Assembly: GCA_963762255.1 (NCBI GenBank)
Contig: CAVXKA010000003.1
Location: 416,001 to 480,000 of the forward strand
Reading direction: 5' to 3'
Origin: Candidatus Eiseniibacteriota bacterium
Lineage (GTDB): Bacteria > Eisenbacteria > RBG-16-71-46 > JABDJR01
DNA: 64,000 nt
Below the pieces are notes generated by a model. It saw nothing but the letters and a program-made list of their open reading frames with translations. It did no database searches and was not told the DNA's origin. Shown piece by piece: positions 50,665 to 60,789 of this stretch. The translations under genes were made by a program, and so were the position numbers. Within the stretch, counting starts at the first letter, position 1; each line of letters opens with the position of its first letter.

Positions 50665-51209
50665 AATTCCAGCCGCGCCGGCTCGGACATGCGGCTCTGG
50701 TCCCAGGGCGGGTCCCAGACGATTTCCACGATCGCTTCGTCCACGCCGGGCACGGTCCGGATCCGCGACTCGGCGTCGGCCTTGAGAACATCGCCCATGC
50801 CGCATCCGGGCGCGGTCATCGTCATCTGGACTTCGACTCGGAAGCCGCGCTCGATCGGAGTGAGCACGCACCCGTAGATGAGCCCCAGATCCACGATGTT
50901 CACCGGGATCTCCGGGTCGTAGACCCTCTTGAGTTGATCCCACACGCCCCGCTCCACCGTCTCGCGGTCGCAGGGCTGCCCGTCGGGACACGGTTCGGCG
51001 GGTGCCGCTTCCACTTCCTTGCCCAGCGCGTCGGCGTCGCGTCCATCCACGCGGGCCATGTAGCCCTGGGGCGTGATCACGGTGTAGGCGCCGCCGAGGG
51101 ACTGCGTGATCGTGACCGTCACCCCCTCGGGGATGAGGATGCGATTCCCGGCCGGGATGACGGTTGCCTCCACGTCGCGGGTGACCTTCGCGTCTTCGGA
51201 GACTCTCAC
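50652..51209 (-). CDS. sufT: Fe-S cluster assembly protein SufT (DUF59)
   Basis: ITQSLGG, YDPEIPVNIVDLGL, TMTAPGCGMG, VWDPPW. Confidence 0.92.
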   Translation of the reverse strand: MRVSEDAKVTRDVEATVIPAGNRILIPEGVTVTITQSLGGAYTVITPQGYMARVDGRDADALGKEVEAAPAEPCPDGQPCDRETVERGVWDQLKRVYDPEIPVNIVDLGLIYGCVLTPIERGFRVEVQMTMTAPGCGMGDVLKADAESRIRTVPGVDEAIVEIVWDPPWDQSRMSEPARLELGFF

Positions 51210-51264
51210 GCGCGTCGACCCTCCCTGGCGTTGCTCGATCGAACTAGGGATTGCATGCCCGCCC

Positions 51265-51717
51265 TCATTCCGTAGAGCCCGACGTGTCCGGCTGGTGAAG
51301 GGCTGCCACCGCCGTGTGCCAGCCCAGCGTGGCGCACTTCACGCGCGACGGGAACTGGCACACACCCGCCATCGCGATGCTGTCGCCGAGATCTTCGACG
51401 GGGGCCCCGGGTTCCAGCTTGCCGGTGACCAGCTTCTGGAACCGATCGACGAGCGCCTCGGCCTCGGCTCGCGTCTTCCCCTTCATCACGGTCGTCATGA
51501 CCGACGCGGACGCCTGGGAGATCGCGCACCCCGCGCCCTCGAAGCCGACTTCCTCGACCCGATCGCCGTTCATGCGCAAGTACACGGTGAGGCGGTCGCC
51601 GCAGAGAGGGTTGTACCCCTCGGATTCCCGGTTCGCCCCTTCCGGGCGCCCGTGGTTGCGGGGGCTGCGGTTGTGATCGAGGATGACCTCCTGGTACAGC
51701 TCCGAAAGATCCGACAT
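51265..51717 (-). CDS. sufU: SUF-system NifU-family protein SufU
   Basis: LYQEVILDH, NPLCGD, GCAISQASAS, RVKCATL, with the SufU-type insertion. Confidence 0.93.
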   Translation of the reverse strand: MSDLSELYQEVILDHNRSPRNHGRPEGANRESEGYNPLCGDRLTVYLRMNGDRVEEVGFEGAGCAISQASASVMTTVMKGKTRAEAEALVDRFQKLVTGKLEPGAPVEDLGDSIAMAGVCQFPSRVKCATLGWHTAVAALHQPDTSGSTE

Positions 51718-51718
51718 C

Positions 51719-53026
51719 CTAGAACCGCTCCTTCACGAACTCGGTCAGGGCCTCGCGCAGCGACGTCACACCGATGCGGTCCAGCATCTCGCCGGCAAAT
51801 CCCTGGATCAAAATGTGCCTCGCGGTCTCCTGGTCGATGCCGCGCGAGCGCAGGTAGAACAGCTCTTCGTCCTCGATCTGCCCGATGGTGGCGCCGTGGG
51901 TCGCCTTCACGTCGTCGGCGAAGATCTCCAGCTCGGGGTTGGTGTTGACCAGCGCCTCTCCAGACAGGAGCAGGTTGTTGTTCGTCTGAGCGGCGTCGAT
52001 TTTGGCCACTCCCTCGCGGATCATGACCCAGCCGTTGAAGACGCCGGTGGCCTTGCCGTCCAGAACGCCCTTGTAGAGTTCGCGGCTGGCGGTGTGGGAG
52101 GCCGCGTGGTCGACGCGGGTGTGATGGTCCACGTGCTGGCCTCCGGCAACGATGTAGAGGCCGTTGAGGGTGCACTCCGAGCCTTCGCCGGCCAACATCA
52201 CCCCGATGTCCTGCCGGACCAGCCGCCCGCCCAGCGAGACGGAATGCCCGGTGAAGCGGCTGTCCCGCCCCTGCCGCACCGCGATCTCCCCGAAGTGCAT
52301 CGTGCGTTCGTTCTCTCGCTGCACGCGGTAGTGATGGAGCGATGCGTTGGCGCCCAATTCGATCTCCGTGACCGGGTTCGTGAAGGCTTCCCCGTCGCCG
52401 AGCGAGACGTACTCCTCGAGCACGACCGCCTCCGCGCCATCGCCCACGAGAACGACCACACGCGGATGGACGCGAGGCGCGCCGTCCGAGGGTGCGCTCG
52501 CGAACAGAAGGTGGATCGGACGATCGAGCGCGCGGTTGGCCGCCACCTGCACCACCACGCCATCTCCGAGAAATGCGGCGTTGAGGGCGGTAAACGGGTT
52601 GGCCTCGCCCGGCGCCAGACGGCCGAGCACGTTCTCCAGAGCGCCACTGTCACGGGTCAGCGCCTCGGCGAGCGGCCGCACGACGCATCCGTCCGCGGAC
52701 TTCGCAGACAGTTCGGGAACCGGCCGGCCGTTCACGAAGACAAAGCGAAGCGCGCCGGTGCCGGCCATCGAGAGCCGGTCGATTTCGCTCGCAAGCGGGA
52801 TGCGCGCGGCCGTCGGCGCCGAGAAGACGAGTTTATAGAGCGGCTTCAGGCTCGTGAAACGCCACGCCTCTTGGTCCGTCGTCGGGAGTCCCATGCGCTC
52901 GAACCGCGCACGCCCCTCGCCGCGCAACGCCGCGGCCCACGCGGGCAAGAACGACGCGGAGGCGCCGGCATCGCGCAGGCACGCAGCGGCGAACGAACTC
53001 ACGGCGGGCAAGGTCTCGACCATCAT
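51719..53026 (-). CDS. sufD: Fe-S cluster assembly protein SufD
   Basis: LPT...EAWRFT, PELEIFADDVKATHGATIG, LFYLRSRGI. Confidence 0.94.
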   Translation of the reverse strand: MMVETLPAVSSFAAACLRDAGASASFLPAWAAALRGEGRARFERMGLPTTDQEAWRFTSLKPLYKLVFSAPTAARIPLASEIDRLSMAGTGALRFVFVNGRPVPELSAKSADGCVVRPLAEALTRDSGALENVLGRLAPGEANPFTALNAAFLGDGVVVQVAANRALDRPIHLLFASAPSDGAPRVHPRVVVLVGDGAEAVVLEEYVSLGDGEAFTNPVTEIELGANASLHHYRVQRENERTMHFGEIAVRQGRDSRFTGHSVSLGGRLVRQDIGVMLAGEGSECTLNGLYIVAGGQHVDHHTRVDHAASHTASRELYKGVLDGKATGVFNGWVMIREGVAKIDAAQTNNNLLLSGEALVNTNPELEIFADDVKATHGATIGQIEDEELFYLRSRGIDQETARHILIQGFAGEMLDRIGVTSLREALTEFVKERF

Positions 53027-53036
53027 GCGACGCGCC

Positions 53037-53822
53037 TCACGAGCGCCCGGCGGCGCCCGCCGCCTCGGCCTCGATCCAGCCGTACCCCTTCTCCTCCAGC
53101 TCCAGCGCCAGGTCCTTCCCTCCGGACTTCACGATCCGCCCGTTGTGGAGCACGTGCACGAAGTCGGGGATGATGTAGCTCAGAAGCCGCTGATAGTGGG
53201 TGACCACGATCATCGAGCGGTCCTCGCGGCGATGGAGGTTGACCCCCTTCGACACGATCTTGAGCGCGTCGATGTCGAGCCCGGAATCGGTCTCGTCGAG
53301 AATGGCGAGCGTCGGGTCGAGAAGCCCGAGCTGCAGGATCTCGTTGCGCTTCTTCTCGCCCCCGGAGAAACCGGCGTTCACGGGACGGGTGAGGAGCGCC
53401 TCGTCCAATTCCACGATCTTCGCCTTTTCCTTGAGCAGGCCGAGAAACTCGACCGCGCTCACTTCGGGCTCGCCCCGGTGCTTGTGCAACGCGTTCAGCG
53501 CGGCCCGCAGGAAATAGCGGTTGCTCACCCCAGGAATCTCGACCGGGTACTGGAACGCCAGGAAGATCCCCTCGCCCGCGCGCTCTTCCGGCGACAGCAG
53601 CAAGAGATTCTTGCCGCGATAGAGCACCTCGCCGCCGGTGACCTCGATCGAGGGATGCCCGGCCAGCACCTTGGCCAGGGTGCTCTTACCGGACCCGTTG
53701 GGTCCCATGATCGCGTGCACCTCGCCCGGGCGCACGGTGAGATCGATCCCGCGGAGGATCTCCTTCTCTCCGGCGCGGGCGGTGAGCGCCCGCACGACGA
53801 GCATCGGTTCTTTCTCGGCCAT
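53037..53822 (-). CDS. sufC: Fe-S cluster assembly ATPase SufC
   Basis: GPNGSGKS, FQYPVEIPG, GFSGGEKKR, LDETDSGLDIDA, THYQR. Confidence 0.96.
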   Translation of the reverse strand: MAEKEPMLVVRALTARAGEKEILRGIDLTVRPGEVHAIMGPNGSGKSTLAKVLAGHPSIEVTGGEVLYRGKNLLLLSPEERAGEGIFLAFQYPVEIPGVSNRYFLRAALNALHKHRGEPEVSAVEFLGLLKEKAKIVELDEALLTRPVNAGFSGGEKKRNEILQLGLLDPTLAILDETDSGLDIDALKIVSKGVNLHRREDRSMIVVTHYQRLLSYIIPDFVHVLHNGRIVKSGGKDLALELEEKGYGWIEAEAAGAAGRS

Positions 53823-53837
53823 GATGATCTGTCCCTC

Positions 53838-55328
<1,491 letters not shown>

Positions 55329-55378
55329 CGTTTCCTCGTACGTACCCCTTCTGACCAGCTAAGTGATTGTCCTACCTA

Positions 55379-55403
55379 ATACATGACAAGATTACTCGCA
55401 TTT
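55379..55403. promoter_or_regulatory. Putative Rrf2/IscR-type operator upstream of sufB
   Basis: ATACATGACAAGATTACTCGCATTT resembles the 25-bp IscR-type imperfect palindrome; sits in the AT-rich sufB leader. Confidence 0.4.
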
Positions 55404-55532
55404 CATGCCCACCGCAAGAGCGCCCCGACATTTCAAAGGACGCCGAACTCCTAATTAGGTTACGACGCCCCGCTCGGGTCGCCCAGGGTGAAATGGCGTA
55501 TCCATGAAACAGCCTCCCACGGGCCCTGGAGG

Positions 55533-56615
55533 TCATGGCGCCGCGTCGATCACCCCGCCGCCAAGGAGGACGTCCCCACGGTAGAACACCGCCGACTGGC
55601 CGGGGGCGACCGCCCGCTGGGGCTCCAGGAAGGCCACGGTCGCGATGCCGCCCGCTCCGGGACGCACCAGCGCGGGCGCCGGGCGCGAGCGGTAGCGCAC
55701 CCTCACGTCCGCCTCGATCGCCTCGCCGGGCGCCTCGCACGAGACCCAGTTCACTTCCCGCACCGTCATGCCGCCCGCGAGCAAATCGGACTCGCCCCCC
55801 ACGACCACCCGGTTGTGCGCGGCGTCCACGCGCACCACGTAGAGCGGTTCGCCGCCGGACACGCCGAGGCCTCGGCGCTGCCCCACTGTGTAGTGAATCG
55901 CCCCACGGTGCTCTCCGAGCACGCGGCCCGAGACGTCCACGAGCTCACCCGGCCCCGTCACCGCCGCACCCCCCGCGCGCGCGGCCACGAACTCGGCGTA
56001 GCGTCCCCCTTGCACGAAGCAGATGTCCTGGCTCTCGACCTTCTCCGCGAGCGTCATGCCCGCGCGCCGGGCCGCCTCGCGCGCCTCCGCCTTGGTCGAG
56101 TTGCCGATCGGAAACCGCGTGTGCGCGAGATCCTCGCGGCGAAGCCCCCACAGCACGTACGACTGATCCTTCGCAGTGTCCACCGCGCGCCGCAGCACGG
56201 GCCCCTCCGGGGTCTGCTCCAGGCGCGCGTAGTGCCCGGTGGCCACCGCGTCGAATCCGAGCCGCCGCGCGCGGGCGAGCAGGCTCCCGAACTTGAGATG
56301 CGTGTTGCAGCGTACGCAGGGGTTGGGCGTCTCGCCGGCAAGATAGGCCTCGACGAACGGACGCACGACCTCGCGATCGAAGTCGGCTTCCTCGTCCAGC
56401 ACGTAGTGGCGGATGCCGAGCGTCGCCGCCGCCGCGCGTGCATCTTCGATGTCGCGAAGCGAGCAGCAGGAGCGCGCCGAGGCCTCGGCGCCCCCGTAGC
56501 ACCAGAGCTTGAGCGTCGCCCCCACGACCTCGTGTCCTTGCTCGACCAGAAGGGCGGCGGCGGCGGCGCTATCCACGCCGCCCGACATGGCCACCATCAG
56601 ACGCTCGCGCGTCAT
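55533..56615 (-). CDS. mnmA: tRNA 2-thiouridylase MnmA
   Basis: AMSGGVDS, CC, TPNPCVRCN, ATGHYA, KDQSY, ESQDICF, YTVGQR, APGQ. Confidence 0.96.
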   Translation of the reverse strand: MTRERLMVAMSGGVDSAAAAALLVEQGHEVVGATLKLWCYGGAEASARSCCSLRDIEDARAAAATLGIRHYVLDEEADFDREVVRPFVEAYLAGETPNPCVRCNTHLKFGSLLARARRLGFDAVATGHYARLEQTPEGPVLRRAVDTAKDQSYVLWGLRREDLAHTRFPIGNSTKAEAREAARRAGMTLAEKVESQDICFVQGGRYAEFVAARAGGAAVTGPGELVDVSGRVLGEHRGAIHYTVGQRRGLGVSGGEPLYVVRVDAAHNRVVVGGESDLLAGGMTVREVNWVSCEAPGEAIEADVRVRYRSRPAPALVRPGAGGIATVAFLEPQRAVAPGQSAVFYRGDVLLGGGVIDAAP

Positions 56616-57760
56616 CGCGGGGTCCGATTCGCCGGGGCGCGCGTCAACCGCGCGCATGCCTCCACGAACGCATCGACTTCGGCCTCGGTGTTGCCAGGGC
56701 CGAGGCTCACACGCACCGCGGTGCGCGCGCGCTCCGGTGAGAACCCCATGGCCAGGAGCACGGGGCTCGGCGTCTCGGCGCCCGACGCGCAGGCGGAACC
56801 GGCCGACACCGCGAAGCCATCGAGATCGAGCGCGGTCACGAGATCCGCGCCGACGCTCTCATCGAAGGTGAAGTGCGCGGTGTTGGGGAGACGGGGACTC
56901 GATGCCCCGGTCACGCGCGCGGAGGGCATCCGCTCGATCATCCGCTCCTCGAGCCGCTCCCGCAGCGCAGCGATCTCGACAGCGGAACGCGCCATCGACG
57001 TCATCGCCGCCTCGGCCGCAGCCGCAAACCCCACGATGCCGGCAACGTTGATGGTCCCCCCCCGCCGGCCCTGCTCCTGCGTACCGGGAATCAGGGGTTC
57101 GATGCGCAGACCGCGCCGGATCCAGAGGGCACCCACCCCCTGGGGTCCTCCGAGCTTGTGCGCCGCCAGGGATACGAGATCTGCATTCCAGGCTTCGGCC
57201 TCCAGCGGCACTTTGCCGGCACTCTGAACTGCGTCGGTGTGGAAGAGCACGCCGAGGCGCCGGCACCGCGCCCCCACCTCGGCCACAGGTTGTAGCACAC
57301 CGGTCTCGTTGTTGGCGTGCAGGAGCGAGACCATCACCGTGTCCGGTCGGATCGCCCGCTCGATGTCCTCGACCGAGACCCGTCCGGTCATGCCGAGCGG
57401 AGGGACTCGCGTGATCTCCCACCCCTCGCCCTCGAGGATCCCTTCGGCAGCGCGCCCCGCTGCGTGCTCGATGGCCGAGACGACAAGGTGGCGGCCCTTC
57501 CCGGCGCCGGCTCGGCAGGCTCCCGTCACGCCGGTCACCACCGCCTCGGTGCCCGAACCGACAAAGATCACGTCACCGTGTGTGCCCCCGGCTAGATCGC
57601 GAATCACGCGCCGGGCGCGGTCCGCCGCCGACGCCGCGCGCTGTCCATAGAGGTGCGCGCTGGCGGCGTTACCTACCCACCCCGCGAGGTACGGCCCCAT
57701 GGCGTCTAGTGCGCGAGGCCCGAGCGGAGAGGTGGCATTGTGGTCGAAGTAGACGTTCAT
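56612..57760 (-). CDS. iscS: Group I (IscS/NifS-type) cysteine desulfurase
   Basis: YFDHNAT, ANNETG, HTDAVQ, AHKLGGP, SAGSAC; TGA overlaps the mnmA ATG. Confidence 0.9.
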   Translation of the reverse strand: MNVYFDHNATSPLGPRALDAMGPYLAGWVGNAASAHLYGQRAASAADRARRVIRDLAGGTHGDVIFVGSGTEAVVTGVTGACRAGAGKGRHLVVSAIEHAAGRAAEGILEGEGWEITRVPPLGMTGRVSVEDIERAIRPDTVMVSLLHANNETGVLQPVAEVGARCRRLGVLFHTDAVQSAGKVPLEAEAWNADLVSLAAHKLGGPQGVGALWIRRGLRIEPLIPGTQEQGRRGGTINVAGIVGFAAAAEAAMTSMARSAVEIAALRERLEERMIERMPSARVTGASSPRLPNTAHFTFDESVGADLVTALDLDGFAVSAGSACASGAETPSPVLLAMGFSPERARTAVRVSLGPGNTEAEVDAFVEACARLTRAPANRTPR

Positions 57761-57780
57761 CGGCGCGGACGAACCGTGCG

Positions 57781-58494
57781 CTAGGGTTGCGCCTGCACTT
57801 TCACGGTCGTCATCTCCACGCGTTGCAGTGCGCGCCAGGTGTCCGGTCCCGCGCTCTTCACGCGCGAGATCTTGTCCACCACGTCCATGCCCTCCACCAC
57901 CTGGCCGAACACCGTGTAGCCGCCGCGATCCAAGGCAGGGAGATCGGCGAGGCAGATGTAGAACTGGCTGCCGTTCGACTCTCGATCGGGGTTCACCGCA
58001 TCGCTGTGACGCCCGGCCGCCACCGCCCCCCGCACGTGCTTGCGCACGATCTCGGGAGCGGTGCTGTACCCCGGCCCGCCCGAGCCGAGCCGAGGGCTCC
58101 TCCAATCGCTCTTGGAGATGGGATCGCCTCCCTGCACGATGAACGACGGCACGATGCGATGAAACGTGGTGCCGTCGTAGTAGCCCCTCTCCACCAGCTT
58201 CAGGAAGTTCTGGACGTGCAGAGGGGCATCGCCCGGGTACAGCTCCACGACAAAGGTCCCGAGGGAGGTGCGCTTGCCGTCGTCGCCATCCAGCGACACC
58301 GCAATCGACACCCGCGGATTCCCGCCCGCAACAGCGCCGGCAGGGGTTCCGGCGCTATCCGAGGCGGCCTCGCCCTCGCCCTGTGCCAGGGCCGTGCCCG
58401 AACCGGCAAGCGCCAGCACGCCGCCGAGCATCCCCACCGTGAGGAGACCCCGTAACACCGAAGCGCTACCCCCCACCGTCTGCCTCGTTCTCAT
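57781..58494 (-). CDS. Exported cyclophilin-type peptidyl-prolyl isomerase
   Basis: Signal peptide; FHRIVP, QGGD, GSQFYI, YTVFGQV. Confidence 0.92.
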   Translation of the reverse strand: MRTRQTVGGSASVLRGLLTVGMLGGVLALAGSGTALAQGEGEAASDSAGTPAGAVAGGNPRVSIAVSLDGDDGKRTSLGTFVVELYPGDAPLHVQNFLKLVERGYYDGTTFHRIVPSFIVQGGDPISKSDWRSPRLGSGGPGYSTAPEIVRKHVRGAVAAGRHSDAVNPDRESNGSQFYICLADLPALDRGGYTVFGQVVEGMDVVDKISRVKSAGPDTWRALQRVEMTTVKVQAQP

Positions 58495-59763
58495 TTCGTG
58501 CCGCCCTGCTGGGCCTTGGCCTTGGTCTGCTTGGCGATCTCGATCAGTTGGTCGAGCCGGGCCATGCGTTTGCGCGCGTATTCGCCGAAGTTCGCGTCGC
58601 CGAGCGCGGTTTGGAGCTTGAGCTTGGCATCGCCGTAGGTGCTGATGCTCCGATCGTAGTCGTAGGCGTCTCGCAGAAGCGAGTCGCCCTTGTACTCGAG
58701 CCCCTGGCCCCAGATCACGTAGAGACATCCGGTGACAGGCGCGTTCTCCGAGATGCCCCGCTTCGCGATCTCGATGGCTTTCTCGTAGTTCTTCACTTCG
58801 AGGTACATGAAACCGAGATTGCAGAGCAACGTGTTCTTGGACGGGTCGGCCTCGATCACCATGAGCAGTTGGTCCGCCGCCTCCTGCGTCTTGCCGAGCT
58901 TCTGCAGCACTTGAGCGTAGATGGAGCGGTCATCCAGCCGCTCGGGGTCGATGTCGAGCAACCGTTTGTACGCCTCGGCTGCCTTCGGCCAGTTCTCCGC
59001 CTTGTAGTAGATGAACGCAAGCCGGCTGGCGACGCTCACGTTCTCCGGATCCTTGACCATCATCTTCTCGTAGACCTGGGCCGCCTCGTCGCGCCGTCCC
59101 AGACCGTAGTAGATCTCGCCAAGAACGTTGTGAACGACAATGTCATCGGGGCAGAACTCCATCACCTTGGTGTAGGCATTGATCGCCTCGTCCATCCGTG
59201 CCTTGTACTCCGGCGATGCGTCGCCCTTCTCCGTCTTCATGCGGTCGGCCATGACGCGCTGGGCGTCCCCGACCTGCGTCCACATCGCGCAGTCCTCCGG
59301 CGTGATGGTCAAGATTTCTTGATAGGTGGTGATGGCATCGTCCATGTCTCCCATCGCCGCTTGGACGTAGGCCACGTTCTTGCGGACCTCGACATCGGTG
59401 GGAGGAAGGAGTTTTTCCAGATCCATATACGTGTCGCAGGGCGTCCTGGTAGTACTCCGCATCCGACTTGGCCATCTCGGCGTAGGCCAGGGCCAAACGC
59501 CGGTAGGCGTCGACGTAGTTGGCGTCCTCGTCGATGGCGAGTTGGAAGGCCTCGACGGCGTCGAGATACTTGAGGTTGTTCATCAACTCCACGCCGCGGA
59601 GGTAATACCGCTGGGCCTTGGTGAGATCCTCCCCCACGTCGCCCTGACCCTGAGCCAGCAGGGCAGGCGACACGGAGGGGGGCGCCGCGTGAACGGCCGG
59701 AGCCGAGACGGTCACAATGCACACCACACCCAGGACGGCCAGCGCCCATGCGGGTCGGTTCAT
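58491..59763 (-). CDS. Exported TPR-repeat protein (single frameshift near 59437)
   Basis: ORF 59143-59781 (signal peptide, TPR, ...EYYQDAL) joins ORF 58491-59462 (DTYMDLEK... TPRs) by removing 1 nt. Confidence 0.82.
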
Positions 59764-59844
59764 GTTCTGCTCCTTTCGCAAGCCACTCTGTCGTCCGGGT
59801 CCATCGGGGAACGGGATCGACGCACTGCGCGGACCGCGAGACCG

Positions 59845-60546
59845 CTACTTCTTCGGACTCTCTCGCTTCGCCGGCGGGATGGGCGCTTGGATGAAGCGCT
59901 CCAGAATCTTGATGTTATCGTCGGCGTTACGGGCCGCATCGGTCCCGGGAGCCACCTGGACCACCTTGCGCCACCAACTCACCGCTTCGCGGAAGAGACC
60001 GGCATCGGCGAACGCCACCCCGATGTTGTACAGAGCGGAGTGGCATTTCGGATCGATGGCGATCGCCCGTCGATACTCGTACATCGCCTCCGAGTAACGG
60101 CTCATGGCGTAGTACGCGTTGCCCAGGTTGCTGCGGGCGTTGCAGTCCTCGGGGTTGATCGCGAGCGCCTTCTCGAAGGTCAGGATGGCCTCGGTGGACT
60201 CGCTGAGATCGCCGAGGGCGATGCCCAGGTTCACCAGAGCCTCGATGTACTTCGGGTTGAGACGGAGCGCCTCTCCGTACGCGTCCCTGGCCTTCTCGGC
60301 GAAGCCCGCGTCGTAGTAGGCATTCCCGAGCTGGTAGTGGAGGCGGTAGTTTCCAGGGTCCGCCTTGACCTGCTTCTCCAGCTTCGCGATCTTGGCCTTG
60401 TGCTCGGCCTCGGTGCCCGGCGCCTTGGTCACGCCGCTCCCAAGAAGCCCCCCACCCGGCTGGGCGAGAGCGGTGGAAGCGAGCAAGGTCCCGGCAGCGA
60501 CGAGCACGCAGCACACCCCGCGCGCGCGTTGGAACACCCGATTCAT
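59845..60546 (-). CDS. Exported TPR-repeat protein
   Basis: Signal peptide followed by 4-5 canonical TPRs (NLGIAL, NLGNAY, NIGVAF). Confidence 0.9.
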   Translation of the reverse strand: MNRVFQRARGVCCVLVAAGTLLASTALAQPGGGLLGSGVTKAPGTEAEHKAKIAKLEKQVKADPGNYRLHYQLGNAYYDAGFAEKARDAYGEALRLNPKYIEALVNLGIALGDLSESTEAILTFEKALAINPEDCNARSNLGNAYYAMSRYSEAMYEYRRAIAIDPKCHSALYNIGVAFADAGLFREAVSWWRKVVQVAPGTDAARNADDNIKILERFIQAPIPPAKRESPKK

Positions 60547-60620
60547 GGATTCACTCTTTCCCCTGTGGAAGCCCGGAAGAGGTCGAGGAAGGGATGCGCT
60601 CTTACGATTCGCAGGGTTGG

Positions 60621-60649
60621 ATTCTAGGTGGCACCCCGAGGGGTGTCAA
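60621..60649 (-). promoter_or_regulatory. Sigma70-type promoter for the TPR-TPR-PPIase-iscS-mnmA run
   Basis: Minus strand TTGACA (60649-60644), 17-nt spacer, TAGAAT (60626-60621). Confidence 0.75.
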
Positions 60650-60789
60650 CCGAGAGGCCTCTGCAGCGCGCTCCCAACTTCCGGCCTTTTCTGGCGTTAC
60701 CGGCCCCGTATACGGGACGGGATACCCCCCCTCAGGAGAGGCTATTCCTAACCGCTCGCGCGCCGGGAAGGGGCTGGCGGCCCGAGGCG

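Noticed and set aside
59430-59445. Programmed frameshift in the TPR gene
   Set aside because: No slippery sequence at the shift point; a single-base sequencing insertion is more likely.
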